This document shows positions 62,935-64,000 of a stretch of 64,000 nt of DNA, piece after piece (the stretch's first letter is position 1; each line of letters begins with the position of its first letter). Source of the DNA: Tubiluchus corallicola (lineage: Eukaryota; Animalia; Priapulida); NCBI GenBank assembly GCA_030141605.1, contig JAQGDQ010000566.1, positions 75,306-139,305 of the forward strand, given 5' to 3'. The position numbers and the translations under genes are program-made. The notes below the pieces were generated by a model, which saw only the letters and a program-made list of their open reading frames with translations, searched no databases and had not been told where the DNA came from.

Positions 62935-64000
62935 CTAGCCAAACCCCACAAAAAGAATTTTGTGCACAAATCAACACACAACCCACACCACACCACTCCA
63001 CCTCATCACACCACACTGCACCACATCATACCACTCCACCTCATCGCACCACACTGCACCACACAATACCACCACACCGCACCACACCATACCACTCCAC
63101 CACATCACACCACACTGCACCACACCATACCATTGCACCACCCACACACCACACTACACCATACGACTCCACCACATCACACCGCACAGCACTACACCAT
63201 AACACCACACTGCACCACACCATACCACTGCACCACCCACCCACACACAACACCACCCACACCATAATACTCCACCACATCACACCGCACAGCATCACAC
63301 CATAACACCACACTGCACCACACCACCCACCCACCTACACACCACACCACCCACACCATACCACTCCACCACATCACACCACACCGCACCACACCATACC
63401 ACTCCACCACATCACACCACACTGCACCACACCATACCACTGCACCACACATGCACCACACCACACCACCCACACCATAATACTCCACCACATCACACCG
63501 CCCAGCACCACACTGCACCACACCATACCACTCCACCTTATCGCACCACACTGCACCACACTGCACCACACCATACCACTGCACCACCCACACACCACAC
63601 CACACCACCCACACCATACCACTCCACCACATCACACCACACCGCACCACACCGCACCACACCATACCACTCCACCACATCACACCACACTGCACCACAC
63701 CATACCACTGCACCACACACGCACCACACCACACCACCCACACCATAATACTCCACCACATCACACCGCCCAGCACCACACTGCACCACACCATAACACC
63801 ACACCATACCACTCCACCTTATCGCACCGCACTGCACCACACCATACCACTGCACCACCCACACACCACACCACGCCACCCACACCATAATACTCCACCA
63901 CATCACACCGCACAGCACCACACCATAACACCACACTGCACCACACCACCCACACCATACCATCTCCATCACATCGCCACCATACAATTTACACCGCAAC
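62935..64000 (-). repeat. TG-rich satellite with Helitron-like 3' terminus, copy 2 (inverted, runs off the window)
   Basis: A|CTAGCCAAACCCCACAAAAAGAATTTTGTGCACAAATCAACACACAACCCACACC is the exact reverse complement of the tail of copy 1. It is followed by ~1 kb of ACCAC-based units. Confidence 0.9.

Overview
AT-rich metazoan genomic DNA with spliceosomal introns. It looks like a marine invertebrate, possibly cnidarian, but the taxon cannot be fixed from sequence alone. I assembled four protein-coding genes by hand, checking splice sites and intron phases. (1) + strand, <1..20952: a 5'-incomplete gene of at least 16 exons (>1100 aa) combining a PAIP1/SLIP1/CTIF-type MIF4G domain, a SAM-like domain, a PAM2-like motif and a C-terminal CCHC zinc knuckle, with two consecutive GC-AG introns. 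(2) + strand, 28362..44055: an 11-exon Amt ammonium transporter (547 aa). (3) - strand, ~48530..51088: a pentraxin-domain protein with an unresolved, apparently leaderless or frameshifted N-terminus. (4) + strand, 56031..58560: a two-exon GT31 type II membrane glycosyltransferase that keeps the DDD motif but lacks the xED motif. Introns and intergenic DNA are full of non-autonomous transposons (pogo/Tigger-, hAT-, piggyBac-, Kolobok-like MITEs, Helitron-like elements, tRNA-derived SINEs, L2/CR1 3' remnants) and mini/microsatellites. The most interesting signals are the MIF4G-SAM-PAM2-CCHC architecture, Helitron-like ends attached to a TG-rich satellite present twice in opposite orientation, and a Helitron-like element carrying an array of RFX X-box-like motifs. 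All family assignments come from visual motif recognition; no database searches were run.
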